Source: an uncultured Bacillota bacterium (GTDB lineage: Bacteria > Sysuimicrobiota > Sysuimicrobiia > Sysuimicrobiales > Segetimicrobiaceae). Taken from it: a stretch of 64,000 bases of DNA. How positions within the stretch are numbered: position 1 is the stretch's first letter; every line of letters begins with the position of its first letter. A program made the translations under genes and the position numbers. Below the pieces are notes generated by a model, which worked only from the letters and a program-made list of their open reading frames with translations, was not told the origin of the DNA and searched no databases. The stretch lies in the NCBI GenBank assembly GCA_963804645.1, contig CAWDRG010000009.1, positions 512,001 to 576,000 of the forward strand, read 5' to 3'. Shown here piece after piece: positions 29,992 through 41,844 of this stretch.

Positions 29992-30562
29992 GGGTGCCCC
30001 CCTCTCGGCCCCCCCTGCGGCCCGTTGCTGGTCCGCAATGTTGAAGGGCGTCAGAAGCCCTATCGTCAGCGGAGGGTCTCAAGACGCCAGCCTTCGAACG
30101 CCCTTCGCCGATGCCAGGTTGTGGCACGTTCCACATGAACCCGACCTTGCCGAGCGTGAAGATTCGCGCATCACCGTCGCGCCAGAGGAGTCGACCGGTG
30201 GTCACGAGGTAGTCAAGTGCCGCGCGGTGGCTCGATACGGTGACCGCACGCTCAGCGGCGAAGCTCAGACATCTGTTGACGCCGTCGAAACCGAGCGGGT
30301 CGCGCAAGGGAAGGACATGTGTTTCGTGTTCCGTATCAAGCGCATGGAGCAGGCTGAGCGCTGCGTGAACTCCGGCAGCCTTGGGGGCGTGCGAACCCGC
30401 GGTGATGAAGATCGCCGGCTGCTTCGTACCGCCGGTCCGAGCCGCCAGCAGCGGCGTGCCGTCGATGGCCCGTCCCCATTCGTGCAGGGGCTTTCCGCTG
30501 TCACGCAGCGCCGCAAGAACGTCACTGGTCGTGAGGTGTTCGTCGAGAGCGGGACGACTCAT
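29981..30562 (-). pseudogene. truncated M14 zinc-carboxypeptidase-like fragment
   Basis: WGRAIDGTPL, IFITAGSH, VLPLRDPLG resemble the M14 N-terminus, but HxxE reads HAPK and similarity ends after ~150 aa. Confidence 0.5.
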
Positions 30563-31140
30563 CGTCGTGGCACCAACGTCTGCGGCGCAGGCGGATACGC
30601 ATACCGGATTGTTTCCTGTGGCATCAGACGTCAGCCCCCTGCAATATGCAGATCACCACCCGGGAGGGAAACGGTTGATGAGGTTCGTGGTCGCGACGGA
30701 GAACTCCCTCGAGGAACCGCGCACAACAGACGCTCCATGCCACGTTGCTTCGCCATCGTGGTGCGCAGCGGGCCGGGTCCGGAGTGCGACCCGCGGCATC
30801 GTGATGCCGAGCACTTCGGAGCGTATGGGTACGGCCGCGAGCGCGAGATCACTCGCTGCCGGTGGCACAGGGTTGTACGGGACTTGGTGACCGGGCGGTG
30901 TCTTGGCGATCCCGAGTGCATGCGCGTCCACACACAGACGTCGCGACACGCGACGGGACCGTCCTCGCGGCTCTGCCGCGCTGCGGTGGCGGCCGGCCGC
31001 CCGGCGCGGGAGGCGCTTGGAATGCAGGTGGGCGACGGTGCTGCGCGAACACATCGACCGGCGCATGACCGCGGGCGCGCGATGGCGCACCGTAGATCGA
31101 TGGCGAGCATTTTGGGCTCGTTTCGAGGAGGAAAACCGTC

Positions 31141-32787
31141 ATGCCGCACACGGAGAGCCTCCGCCGTCCGCTGATCGTCGGGACCCGGGGAGCCGTCAGC
31201 ACCTGTCATCCGCTCGCCACCTCGGCCGGTCTCGAGGTCTTGTGGAAGGGTGGCAACGCCTTCGATGCGGCGGTGGCGGTGGCTGCGGCGCTTGGGGTGG
31301 TCGAGCCTCTGTCGTGCGGGGCTGGCGGTGACGCGTTCGCCCTCTGCTACGACGCCCGGCGGAACGAGACGGCGGCGCTGAACGCCGCCGGTGCCGCGCC
31401 GCTTGGGGCGGATGCCCGCGAGTATGCCTCGGGCGGCATCCCGGTCCACGGCATCCGATCGGCGACCGTGCCCGCCGCGGTCGACGGCTGGCTTGCGGTG
31501 CTCGAGCGGTACGGCACGCTCCCGGCGGCGGACGTGTTTGCGCCGGCGATCGCGTACGCGGAGGAGGGCTATCCGGCCGGGCTGCACGACACGCACGCCA
31601 TCGACCACTACGAGCCGCTGCTGAAGGCCGACCCTGAGGCGGCGGCGGTGTTTCTTCCCGAGGGCCGGCCGCTCGCGTTGGGCGATCGCATCGTGCAACG
31701 TGATCTCGCGGCGACGCTGCGGGAGATCTCCCGCGGCGGCCGCGACGCGTTCTATGCGGGAACGTTCGCCGACAGCCTGCTGCGGCGATCGCGCGAGGCC
31801 GGCGGTTTGTTCACGAAGGCAGATCTCACGCCGGCGCACGCGTCATGGCACGAGCCGGTGGTCACCGACTACCGCGGATACACCGTCTATGCCCAGCCGC
31901 CCGTGTCTCACGGGTTTATTCTCCTCGAGGCGCTCAACATGCTCGAGGCGTTCGATCTTCCCGCGCTCGGCCGGAACACGGCGCGGCTGGCGCACTGCAT
32001 GATCGAGATCAAGAAGCTGGTGTTCGCGGACCGTCACGCGTACGTCGGCGACCCGGAACTGGTCGCGGTCCCGCTCGACACCCTGTTGTCGAAGCGCTAC
32101 GCGGCCCACCGTCGCGGCGCGCTGGACCTGACCAAGGCGGCGACAGAAGTCCCGCCGGGCCCTGTGCCCGTGTCCGCCGGCGGGTCGGATACCACGTATT
32201 TCGCGGTCGGCGACCGCGAGGGGAACCTCGTGTCGTTCATGCAGAGCCTCTACCGCGGCTTCGGGTCCGGCGTGATCGTCCCCGGGACGGGCGTGCTCTT
32301 GAACAACCGCATGGGCGGGTTCTCCCTGGATCCGCAGTCTCCGAACGTGCTCAGGCCGGGCCGGGTGCCGGTGCACAACATGGCGCCGAATCTCGTCGGG
32401 AAGGACGGTCGCGTGTTCTTCGCGCTGGGGACGCCGGGCGGGTACAGCCAGGTGCAGTCGAACATGCAGGTGCTCACCAACGTGCTCGATTTCGGCATGA
32501 ACATCCAGGAGGCGATCGAGGCTCCACGGTGGGTGCACGGCGGATCGACGGTGGGCGGGCCGGATGCCGAGGTCACCGTCGATCCATGGATGCCGGCGGC
32601 GGTGCTCCGCGGCCTCGAGGAGCGCGGGCACCGCATCATGGTGCTCGGACAGGAGCCGCCGCCACCCCGCGGCAGGACGAGTGAGTACACCACCTCGCGC
32701 GTCGAGGCGGTCCTGATCGACCACGCGCGGGGCGCAATCTTTGCGGGCGCCGATCCCCGCTCAGAAGCCCAGGCGGCGGCCTGGTAA
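31141..32787 (+). CDS. ggt: gamma-glutamyltransferase (Ntn hydrolase) family protein
   Basis: GGAGG RBS; GGNAFDAAVA, GxGGDAF, nucleophile site D|TTYF, FGSG, LNNR, GTPGG, GADPR; no signal peptide. Confidence 0.92.
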   Translation: MPHTESLRRPLIVGTRGAVSTCHPLATSAGLEVLWKGGNAFDAAVAVAAALGVVEPLSCGAGGDAFALCYDARRNETAALNAAGAAPLGADAREYASGGIPVHGIRSATVPAAVDGWLAVLERYGTLPAADVFAPAIAYAEEGYPAGLHDTHAIDHYEPLLKADPEAAAVFLPEGRPLALGDRIVQRDLAATLREISRGGRDAFYAGTFADSLLRRSREAGGLFTKADLTPAHASWHEPVVTDYRGYTVYAQPPVSHGFILLEALNMLEAFDLPALGRNTARLAHCMIEIKKLVFADRHAYVGDPELVAVPLDTLLSKRYAAHRRGALDLTKAATEVPPGPVPVSAGGSDTTYFAVGDREGNLVSFMQSLYRGFGSGVIVPGTGVLLNNRMGGFSLDPQSPNVLRPGRVPVHNMAPNLVGKDGRVFFALGTPGGYSQVQSNMQVLTNVLDFGMNIQEAIEAPRWVHGGSTVGGPDAEVTVDPWMPAAVLRGLEERGHRIMVLGQEPPPPRGRTSEYTTSRVEAVLIDHARGAIFAGADPRSEAQAAAW

Positions 32788-32921
32788 GGGCGGCACGCCG
32801 GTCCATTAGCGTGGAGGGCCCAGCTCCGCGGAGGAGAACCCGGGCGCTGACGTGAACGAAATCGTGGACGGGTGTGCCCCTCTGTGCGGCCCGCCCGCAC
32901 ACGGAGTCGGGAGGTGTCGGT

Positions 32922-34178
32922 ATGCGCCGGATTTGGGTCGCGGCCATCCTGCTCGCCCTGCTCGCCGGCTTCTGGCCGGGCGGCGGTGCTGGGGCGCAGC
33001 AGAAGAGTGCGCTCACGTTCTGGAGCTGGCGCGAAGAGGACCGGGCGTTCTACGAAGGGATGATTCACAAGTTCGAGGCGCAGAACCCCGGCGTGACGAT
33101 CGACTTTCAGACGTTCAAGCCGACGGACTACGCGACGGCGCTGTCCGCGGCGATGCAGGCCGGCAAGGGCCCGGACATCCTGCAGGTGCGCGCGTACGGC
33201 GCGCTGCAGCCCTTCGCGCGTCCGGAGTTTCTCGTGCCCCTTGAGGACAAGGTCCCCGAACTGAAGACGTTCTCGCCGCAGTGGCTCGACGGGGCCCGCA
33301 GCCGGGCCGACGGCAAAGTGTACGGCGTGCCGTTTGCCGTGCAGACGCTCGTCGTCTTCTACAACAAGAAGCTGCTCGCCCGTGCGGGTGTGCAGCCGCC
33401 GCAGACGTGGGACCAGTTCATTGCGGCGCTCAAGACCCTCAAGGACCACGGGATCACACCGCTCGCGAACGGCGGCAAGGAAGGCTGGACGTTGGAAGTG
33501 GCGTTCGGGGTGCTGGGGCCCACGTTCTTCGGGGGGCCGACATTCTACGACGCCGTGACCCACGGGCAGACGACGTTCAAGAACCCCGCGTTCACGGGCG
33601 CCCTCGCAAAGTTCGCGGATATCCGCCCGTACATGCCCCAGGGGTACATGGGCGTGGCGTACACGGACATGCAGCAGCTGTTTATCAACGAGCAGGCGGC
33701 GATGTACGTCGGAGGAATCTTTGAGCTCGGGTACTTCGAGAGCCAGAACTCGTCCCTCCAGATGGGCATCATCCCCGGTCCGGTGGTGCGCGCGGGCGAC
33801 ACCCCGTGGGTCAGCAGCTACGACGACGGCAACTACGGTGTGAACGCCAAGACTCAGTATATGGATGCCGCGATCAAGTTCATCCGGTTCACCGCGACGC
33901 GCGACTGGGGGCAGGCGTTCACGGACCAACTGAAGCAGATCTCGGCGGTGCCGGGGATCCAGGTGCACGACCCGCTCCTCCAGCAAGCGGTCGCCTACAT
34001 GCGCCACTCGACGCCGTACCTGATGCTCGTGGGGTTCCGCTGGCAGAACCCGTCCGGCAGCGACCTCATCCAAAGCGACCTCCAGGGCCTGTTTACCGGC
34101 TCGCTGACTCCGGACCAGGTCGGCGCGGATGTAACCAAGGGACTCGCGACCTGGTTTGCCCCGTTCCGGGGACAGTGA
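32922..34178 (+). CDS. carbohydrate ABC substrate-binding protein
   Basis: GGAGGT RBS, Sec signal, GKVYGVPF, FYNKKL, PQTWDQF. Confidence 0.9.
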   Translation: MRRIWVAAILLALLAGFWPGGGAGAQQKSALTFWSWREEDRAFYEGMIHKFEAQNPGVTIDFQTFKPTDYATALSAAMQAGKGPDILQVRAYGALQPFARPEFLVPLEDKVPELKTFSPQWLDGARSRADGKVYGVPFAVQTLVVFYNKKLLARAGVQPPQTWDQFIAALKTLKDHGITPLANGGKEGWTLEVAFGVLGPTFFGGPTFYDAVTHGQTTFKNPAFTGALAKFADIRPYMPQGYMGVAYTDMQQLFINEQAAMYVGGIFELGYFESQNSSLQMGIIPGPVVRAGDTPWVSSYDDGNYGVNAKTQYMDAAIKFIRFTATRDWGQAFTDQLKQISAVPGIQVHDPLLQQAVAYMRHSTPYLMLVGFRWQNPSGSDLIQSDLQGLFTGSLTPDQVGADVTKGLATWFAPFRGQ

Positions 34179-34203
34179 GCGTCGACCCATCGATCGGATA
34201 GTG

Positions 34204-34231
34204 GCCGGGGCGGGCGGCGACCCGCCCCGGC
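34204..34231. promoter_or_regulatory. intercistronic stem-loop after the SBP gene
   Basis: Perfect 11-bp stem GCCGGGGCGGG / CCCGCCCCGGC with 6-nt loop and no strong U-tract; likely mRNA stabiliser or attenuator. Confidence 0.6.
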
Positions 34232-34249
34232 GTCTTCGAGCATGATCCG

Positions 34250-35203
34250 TTGGCGGTGACGCCGCGGGTCTCCCCACTTCGCCCGCGGCTGTCGTACCAT
34301 GCGGCGCGGGGCCTGTGGGTCGCGGCGTTCCTTGCGCCCGCGCTGGTGCTGTTTACGGTGTTTCTCGCCTACCCGATCGTCGGCGCGATGGCCTACAGCC
34401 TGTACCATTGGGACGGGCTCGTGCGCGGCGGCTTCGCGGGCCTCGCGAACTTTCGCCGGCTGTTCACGGCGTATCCGTACCAGGAGCGGATGCTCAACGC
34501 GTTCTGGCACAACGTCGTGGTGTTTGCGCTCACGATGATCATCCAGAACGGGATGGGGCTCGTGTTCGCGGTGCTGCTCGCCGGCCGGACGTGGGGGGCG
34601 CGGGCCTACCGTGCGATCTTCTTCATGCCGGTCGTCCTGTCGCTCGTCGTCGTCGGGTTTCTGTGGGAGCTGTTCCTCAACCCGATCTGGGGCGTGGTCA
34701 ACAAGCTGCTCGTGCTCGGCGGCCTCGGCGCGCTCGCGCGCCCGTGGCTGGGCGACCCGCACACGGCGCTCCTGAGCCTGATCCTCGTCAACGCGTGGCG
34801 GTGGGTCGGGTTTCCGACGATCGTGTTCCTCGCCGGCATCCAGGCGATCCCGGACGAATATCTGGAGGCGGCGCGGCTGGACGGCGCCGGGCCGGCGGCC
34901 ATGTTCCGGAAGATCGTGTTCCCGCTGCTCGCGCCGCAGGTGAACATCATCGTGATCCTGACGTTCATCGGCGCGTTCAACTGGTTCGAGCTGCCGTATG
35001 TCATGCAGGGCGTGACCGGAGAGCCGTTTCACTCCACGGACGTGCTCGGGCTCCTGTTCTACCGTTCCGCATTCGGCGCGGTCGACACGGGGAACCCGGA
35101 CGTCGGGCTCGGGTCGGCGATCGCGGTGGTGATGTTCGTGCTGATCCTGGTGACGAGCGGCCTGGGCGCCGTGTACCTGCGCCGGCGCGAGGTCGAAGGA
35201 TGA
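34250..35203 (+). CDS. carbohydrate ABC transporter permease
   Basis: YLEAARLDGA loop, multiple TM helices. Confidence 0.92.
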   Translation: MAVTPRVSPLRPRLSYHAARGLWVAAFLAPALVLFTVFLAYPIVGAMAYSLYHWDGLVRGGFAGLANFRRLFTAYPYQERMLNAFWHNVVVFALTMIIQNGMGLVFAVLLAGRTWGARAYRAIFFMPVVLSLVVVGFLWELFLNPIWGVVNKLLVLGGLGALARPWLGDPHTALLSLILVNAWRWVGFPTIVFLAGIQAIPDEYLEAARLDGAGPAAMFRKIVFPLLAPQVNIIVILTFIGAFNWFELPYVMQGVTGEPFHSTDVLGLLFYRSAFGAVDTGNPDVGLGSAIAVVMFVLILVTSGLGAVYLRRREVEG

Positions 35204-36066
35204 GCGCCGTGCCGGCCCCCGCGCCGGCTGGAGGCCGGCGCCCCGGGGCGGTCCTCGCGGCGGGCGCCGTGCAGGCGCTGCTCGGGGCCAACACCCTGCT
35301 CGTCGTTCTGCCGATGCTGTTCATGGTGCTGTCCTCGCTCAAGACGACGCGGGAAATCTTCCAGCAGCCGTTCGCCCTGCCCGGCGCGGTGCGCTGGGAC
35401 AACTACGCGCAGGTGTGGGGGGCCGCGCACTTCGCCGCCTACTTCCGCAACAGCGTCGTCGTCACGATGGTCTCGATGGCGCTGATCCTGCTGACCGGCA
35501 CGCTCGCGGCGTATGCCCTCGGCCGGTACCGGTTCCGGGGCAACGATCTGCTCTTCCTTTACTTCCTGGCTGGCATCATGGTGCCGATCCGGCTGGCGAT
35601 CATCCCGCTGTTTGTCCTGATGCGGGACCTGAACCTGCTCGACAACCTGTGGTCGCTCGTCCTCGTGTACGCGGCGTCCGGGCTGCCGAGCGCGATCTTC
35701 ATCCTGACCGGGTTCCTGCGCACCCTCCCGCTGGAGCTCGACGAGGCCGCGCGGATCGACGGCGCCGGCGAGCTCGGCATCCTGCTCCGCGTCCTGCTGC
35801 CGCTCGTCCGTCCGGCGCTCGCGATCGTGACGGTCTACAATGTGATCCCGATCTGGAACGATTTCTTCTTCCCGCTGGTCTTCATTCACGAAGACCGGCT
35901 GAAGACGCTGCCGCTGGGGCTTACGGTCTTCTTCGGCGAGTACCAGACAAACTGGGCGCTGCTGTTCGCCGGTCTGACCCTCGCCGCCGCGCCGGTGCTT
36001 GCCCTCTACGTGCTCCTATCACAGCAGTTCATCAAAGGGCTTACGGCGGGCGCGGTCAAAGGATGA
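35200..36066 (+). CDS. carbohydrate ABC transporter permease
   Basis: ATGA overlap at 35200; LDEAARIDGA, WNDFFFPL, QFIKGLTAG. Confidence 0.92.
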   Translation: MSAVPAPAPAGGRRPGAVLAAGAVQALLGANTLLVVLPMLFMVLSSLKTTREIFQQPFALPGAVRWDNYAQVWGAAHFAAYFRNSVVVTMVSMALILLTGTLAAYALGRYRFRGNDLLFLYFLAGIMVPIRLAIIPLFVLMRDLNLLDNLWSLVLVYAASGLPSAIFILTGFLRTLPLELDEAARIDGAGELGILLRVLLPLVRPALAIVTVYNVIPIWNDFFFPLVFIHEDRLKTLPLGLTVFFGEYQTNWALLFAGLTLAAAPVLALYVLLSQQFIKGLTAGAVKG

Positions 36067-36120
36067 CGGACGGCCCCGAGTGACACTCGGTGCCGATCTC
36101 TCGGTCGCGGAGGCGGCAGC

Positions 36121-36261
36121 ATGTGGTTGACCGTGTTCTTTATCCTGCTGGTGCTCTGGCTCGCGTCATTCTTTATCTTGCATATCGCGGGGGCCTTGAT
36201 TCATCTGCTGCTGCTCGTCGCGGTGATCGCTCTCGTGCTCCACCTCATGCGGCGACGCTGA
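36121..36261 (+). CDS. 46-aa membrane protein (lmo0937/DUF5670-like)
   Basis: Not in the ORF track; GGAGG RBS; MWLTVFFILLVLWLASFFILHIAGALIHLLLLVAVIALVLHLMRRR*. Confidence 0.8.
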   Translation: MWLTVFFILLVLWLASFFILHIAGALIHLLLLVAVIALVLHLMRRR

Positions 36262-36265
36262 ACAC

Positions 36266-38831
<2,566 letters not shown>

Positions 38832-38865
38832 GCGCGGCTCCCAGTGCCGCGGATGGGCCGCGCGC

Positions 38866-39441
38866 TCATAGGTCGAAGAACACCGTCTCCGCCCTGCCCT
38901 GCAGCACGACGTCGAACCGGTACACGGCCGCGCCGTTCACCAGGGTGCGCGCGGCCACGAGCGTGGAGCGTCTGGCGTCCGGGACCCGCTGGAGCACCGG
39001 GTCCGTGCGGTTCGCGGCTTCGTCGTCGAAATAAATCCGCGTCAGCAGGTGGTTGAGCAGGCCGCGCGCGGACACCGCGAGATTGACGTGCGGCGCCTGC
39101 CACGCGTCCGCGACCGTAAATGGCACGGGGCCCGGCTTCACGGTCTCGAACCAGTAGGCTCCCGCGTCGTCGGTGCGGGCGCGTCCAAACCCGATGAACG
39201 TCGGGTCGAGCGGGACGTCGCGCCGGTCGACGGGATGCCGGTACCGGCCGCGCGCGTTGGCCTGCCAGATCTCGAGCATGGCGTCCGACACGGGCGCGCC
39301 GTCGCCGTCGCGGACGCGGCCTTCGATCCGGATCCGCTCGCCCTGCGTGAGCGGGGTGACCAAGACGTTCGCGCCGTTTTGGATGATGCCGTGGAAGAAC
39401 GGGCCGACGGTTTGGGACGGCGTCAGCCCGAGCCGCGTCAT
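38866..39441 (-). CDS. pcaG: protocatechuate 3,4-dioxygenase alpha subunit
   Basis: TPSQTVGPFF, EIWQAN, QAPH, RGLL, ETVFF; ATG 39441. Confidence 0.95.
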   Translation of the reverse strand: MTRLGLTPSQTVGPFFHGIIQNGANVLVTPLTQGERIRIEGRVRDGDGAPVSDAMLEIWQANARGRYRHPVDRRDVPLDPTFIGFGRARTDDAGAYWFETVKPGPVPFTVADAWQAPHVNLAVSARGLLNHLLTRIYFDDEAANRTDPVLQRVPDARRSTLVAARTLVNGAAVYRFDVVLQGRAETVFFDL

Positions 39442-40163
39442 CGACCCGCCTGCGCCGCCGTCTCGAACGGCTCGAACGGCGTTGCCTTCGGGCCGCGCAG
39501 CACGATGTCGAACCGGTACCCGAGCGCCCACTGCGGCTGGGTCACGTCGTGCGCGTAGGACGCGATCAGGCGCGCGCGCGCCTCGGGGGTCGGTACCGCC
39601 GCCATGATCGGGTCGAGCGCGTGCAGCGGGTCCCCGGGGAAGTACATCTGCGTGATCAGCCGCGCCAGCCACGAGGTGCCGAACAGCGAGAAGTGGATGT
39701 GCGCCGGCCTCCACGCGTTCTCGTGGTTGAGCCACGGATACGCGCCGGGCTTGATCGTCGTGAACCGGTAGACGCCCTGCGCGTCGGTCAGGCAGCGCCC
39801 CGCGCCGAGAAAGTTCGGATCGAGCGGCGCCTGGTGCTGGTCGACCACATGCCGGTAGCGCCCCGCGGCGTTCGCCTGCCAAATCTCAATGAGGGTCCCG
39901 GGGACCGGGTCGCCGTCCGCGTCCAGCACGCGGCCCGTCACGATGATCCGCTCGCCGATCGCTTCTCCGCCGGTGCCGGCGTTGCGCGTCAGGTCGCTGT
40001 CCTCTTCGGCCACGGCGCCGAGCGCCGGGCCGGGCCCGGTCAGCTCCGACAGCGTGGGGCGAAACTCCACCAGCGGGGCTTCGGGGGCGCGCCGGACGGT
40101 GCTCCTGTACGCCTCGTAGAAATACGGCGGAAAGACGTCGGGATCGTGCCCGATCGGGGTCAC
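39438..40163 (-). CDS. pcaH: protocatechuate 3,4-dioxygenase beta subunit
   Basis: LSELTGP, WQANAAGRYRH, PGAYPW, WRPAHIHFS, TQMYFPGDP; GTG 40163. Confidence 0.95.
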   Translation of the reverse strand: MTPIGHDPDVFPPYFYEAYRSTVRRAPEAPLVEFRPTLSELTGPGPALGAVAEEDSDLTRNAGTGGEAIGERIIVTGRVLDADGDPVPGTLIEIWQANAAGRYRHVVDQHQAPLDPNFLGAGRCLTDAQGVYRFTTIKPGAYPWLNHENAWRPAHIHFSLFGTSWLARLITQMYFPGDPLHALDPIMAAVPTPEARARLIASYAHDVTQPQWALGYRFDIVLRGPKATPFEPFETAAQAGR

Positions 40164-40603
40164 GGCGTGCGCTTCCTTCCGCGGCGCGCCGGCCGCCGCG
40201 CGCGCGGCGCCGCGGTCCCGAGTTCGGATTTCGCGACGGCGAACGCGGTGTTCGCGGCGGGGACCCCCGCGTACACCGCGACGTGCAGCAGCATCTCGGC
40301 GATCTCGCCGCGCGGGACGCCGACATTCCGGCTGGCCCGCAGGTGCAGCCCCAGCTCCTCCCGCCGCCCGAGCGCCGCGAGGATCGCGATCGTGATGAGG
40401 CTTCGCGTGCGCCGGTCCAGTCCGGGCCGCGCCCAGACCGACCCCCACGCCGTCTCGGTGAGGAACCGCTGGAACGCGGCGTCGAACGCGGTCTCGTTGG
40501 CGCGCGAGCGCGCCACGTGCTCCGCGCCCAGCACTTCGGTGCGGACCTTGTGCCCCGCGCGAAACCGGGCCCCGGCCGCCCCGCGCGTTCGCCTCGCCGC
40601 CAC
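40160..40603 (-). CDS. pcaC: 4-carboxymuconolactone decarboxylase
   Basis: RTEVLG.EHV, AWGSVWARPGL, YAGVPAAN. Confidence 0.93.
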   Translation of the reverse strand: MAARRTRGAAGARFRAGHKVRTEVLGAEHVARSRANETAFDAAFQRFLTETAWGSVWARPGLDRRTRSLITIAILAALGRREELGLHLRASRNVGVPRGEIAEMLLHVAVYAGVPAANTAFAVAKSELGTAAPRARRPARRGRKRTP

Positions 40604-40661
40604 GGCTAGGGCACCCGCCTTCGTGCCGGCAGGCCCCGGACCGCCGCGGTGGAGCCGGGCG

Positions 40662-41759
40662 CTACGACCATACCTCGCGCGCGACCTCTGCGACGAGGCG
40701 CAGCTTGGCCCATTGGTCCTCCTCGGAGAGCAGATTGCCTTCCATGGTGGACGCGAAGCCGCACTGCGGGCTCAGCGCCAGCTGTTCGAGCGGCACGTAG
40801 CGGCTTGCCTGGTCGATCCGGCGCTTGAGCTCGTCGCGCGACTCGAGCTCGGGCCGCTTGCTGCTCACGAGACCCAGGACGACGGTGGTCCCGCGCGGCA
40901 CGTAGCGGAGCGGCGCGAACGTGCCCGACCGGTCGTCGTCGTATTCCACGAGAAACCGGTCGACCTGGAGCGTGCCGAACAGCTTCTCCGCAATCGGATC
41001 GTAGCCGCCCTCCGCGTACCAGTGACTGCGGTTGTTGCCGCGGCACAGGTGCATCGCCACGATGAGCCCCGGGCGGCGGACGCCCTCGAGGCACGCGTTG
41101 TCCGCGCGGATCGCCTCGTCGAACGCGGCGTCCGGATCCTGATGCAGCTCGGTGCGGATGAACTCCCGCCACTTGGGGTCGATGAAGTAGCTGTAGCGGG
41201 GCGCGTCGATCTGCACGTACTGGACGCCGTCCGTGGCCAGCGCCTGGACCTCGCGCTTGACGATCGCGACGATCGCCCACAGGAGGTCCGAGGGTGTCGC
41301 GTACACGCGGTCCGTCACGCCCCGCTTGTACGCGATCGCGGGGAACTGGTTCGCGGTCGGCAGCGTGATCTTGACGTCGCCGGGGCTGTGCGCCTGCATG
41401 AACTCGAGCTCGTGGGCCGTGAGGCGGCGCGCCTGTCTGAGCGTGTCGGTCACGATGCCCGCGACGCTGCTGACCGCGGCCGGCGCGGCGGCTCCCGCCT
41501 TCCACGTCCGCGCGACCGCGTCGCCCAAGTCGAACCCGTCGACCGCGTCGGTGAAATCGCTCATGAAATTTCGCCGCCGGAGCTCGCCGTCGGTGAAGAT
41601 CGTGAATCCGAGCTCGCGCTGCTTCTCGAGGACGCGGGCGATGTGCCGGTCTTCGAGCGCGCGCAGGCGCGCCGGATCGGCGCCGTCGGCGCGGGCCTCC
41701 AGGATCTCGCGGGGCCGCAGCAGGCTTCCGACGTGGTCGGCTCGGTACTTCACGGTCAC
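40662..41759 (-). CDS. single-barrel cobalamin-independent methionine synthase II (MetE C-terminal-like) family protein
   Basis: RADHVGSLLRP, TDGELRR, QIDAP, HLCRGN, EYD, LSPQCGFAS; GGAGG before GTG 41759. Confidence 0.88.
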   Translation of the reverse strand: MTVKYRADHVGSLLRPREILEARADGADPARLRALEDRHIARVLEKQRELGFTIFTDGELRRRNFMSDFTDAVDGFDLGDAVARTWKAGAAAPAAVSSVAGIVTDTLRQARRLTAHELEFMQAHSPGDVKITLPTANQFPAIAYKRGVTDRVYATPSDLLWAIVAIVKREVQALATDGVQYVQIDAPRYSYFIDPKWREFIRTELHQDPDAAFDEAIRADNACLEGVRRPGLIVAMHLCRGNNRSHWYAEGGYDPIAEKLFGTLQVDRFLVEYDDDRSGTFAPLRYVPRGTTVVLGLVSSKRPELESRDELKRRIDQASRYVPLEQLALSPQCGFASTMEGNLLSEEDQWAKLRLVAEVAREVWS

Positions 41760-41844
41760 GGTTCCGATCCTCCCGGGAGTGCGCCGCGCGGCCGCCGGAC
41801 GGGCCCGGCGCGGCTCGCTCGCACCCAAAAACCCGTTCGCCGCC

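Noticed and set aside
30563..31140. Possible small genes, riboswitch or sigma-54 site (TGGCACAGGGTTGTA near 30863)
   Set aside because: ORFs lack RBS or motifs; -24/-12 spacing and GC do not fit; no recognisable riboswitch core
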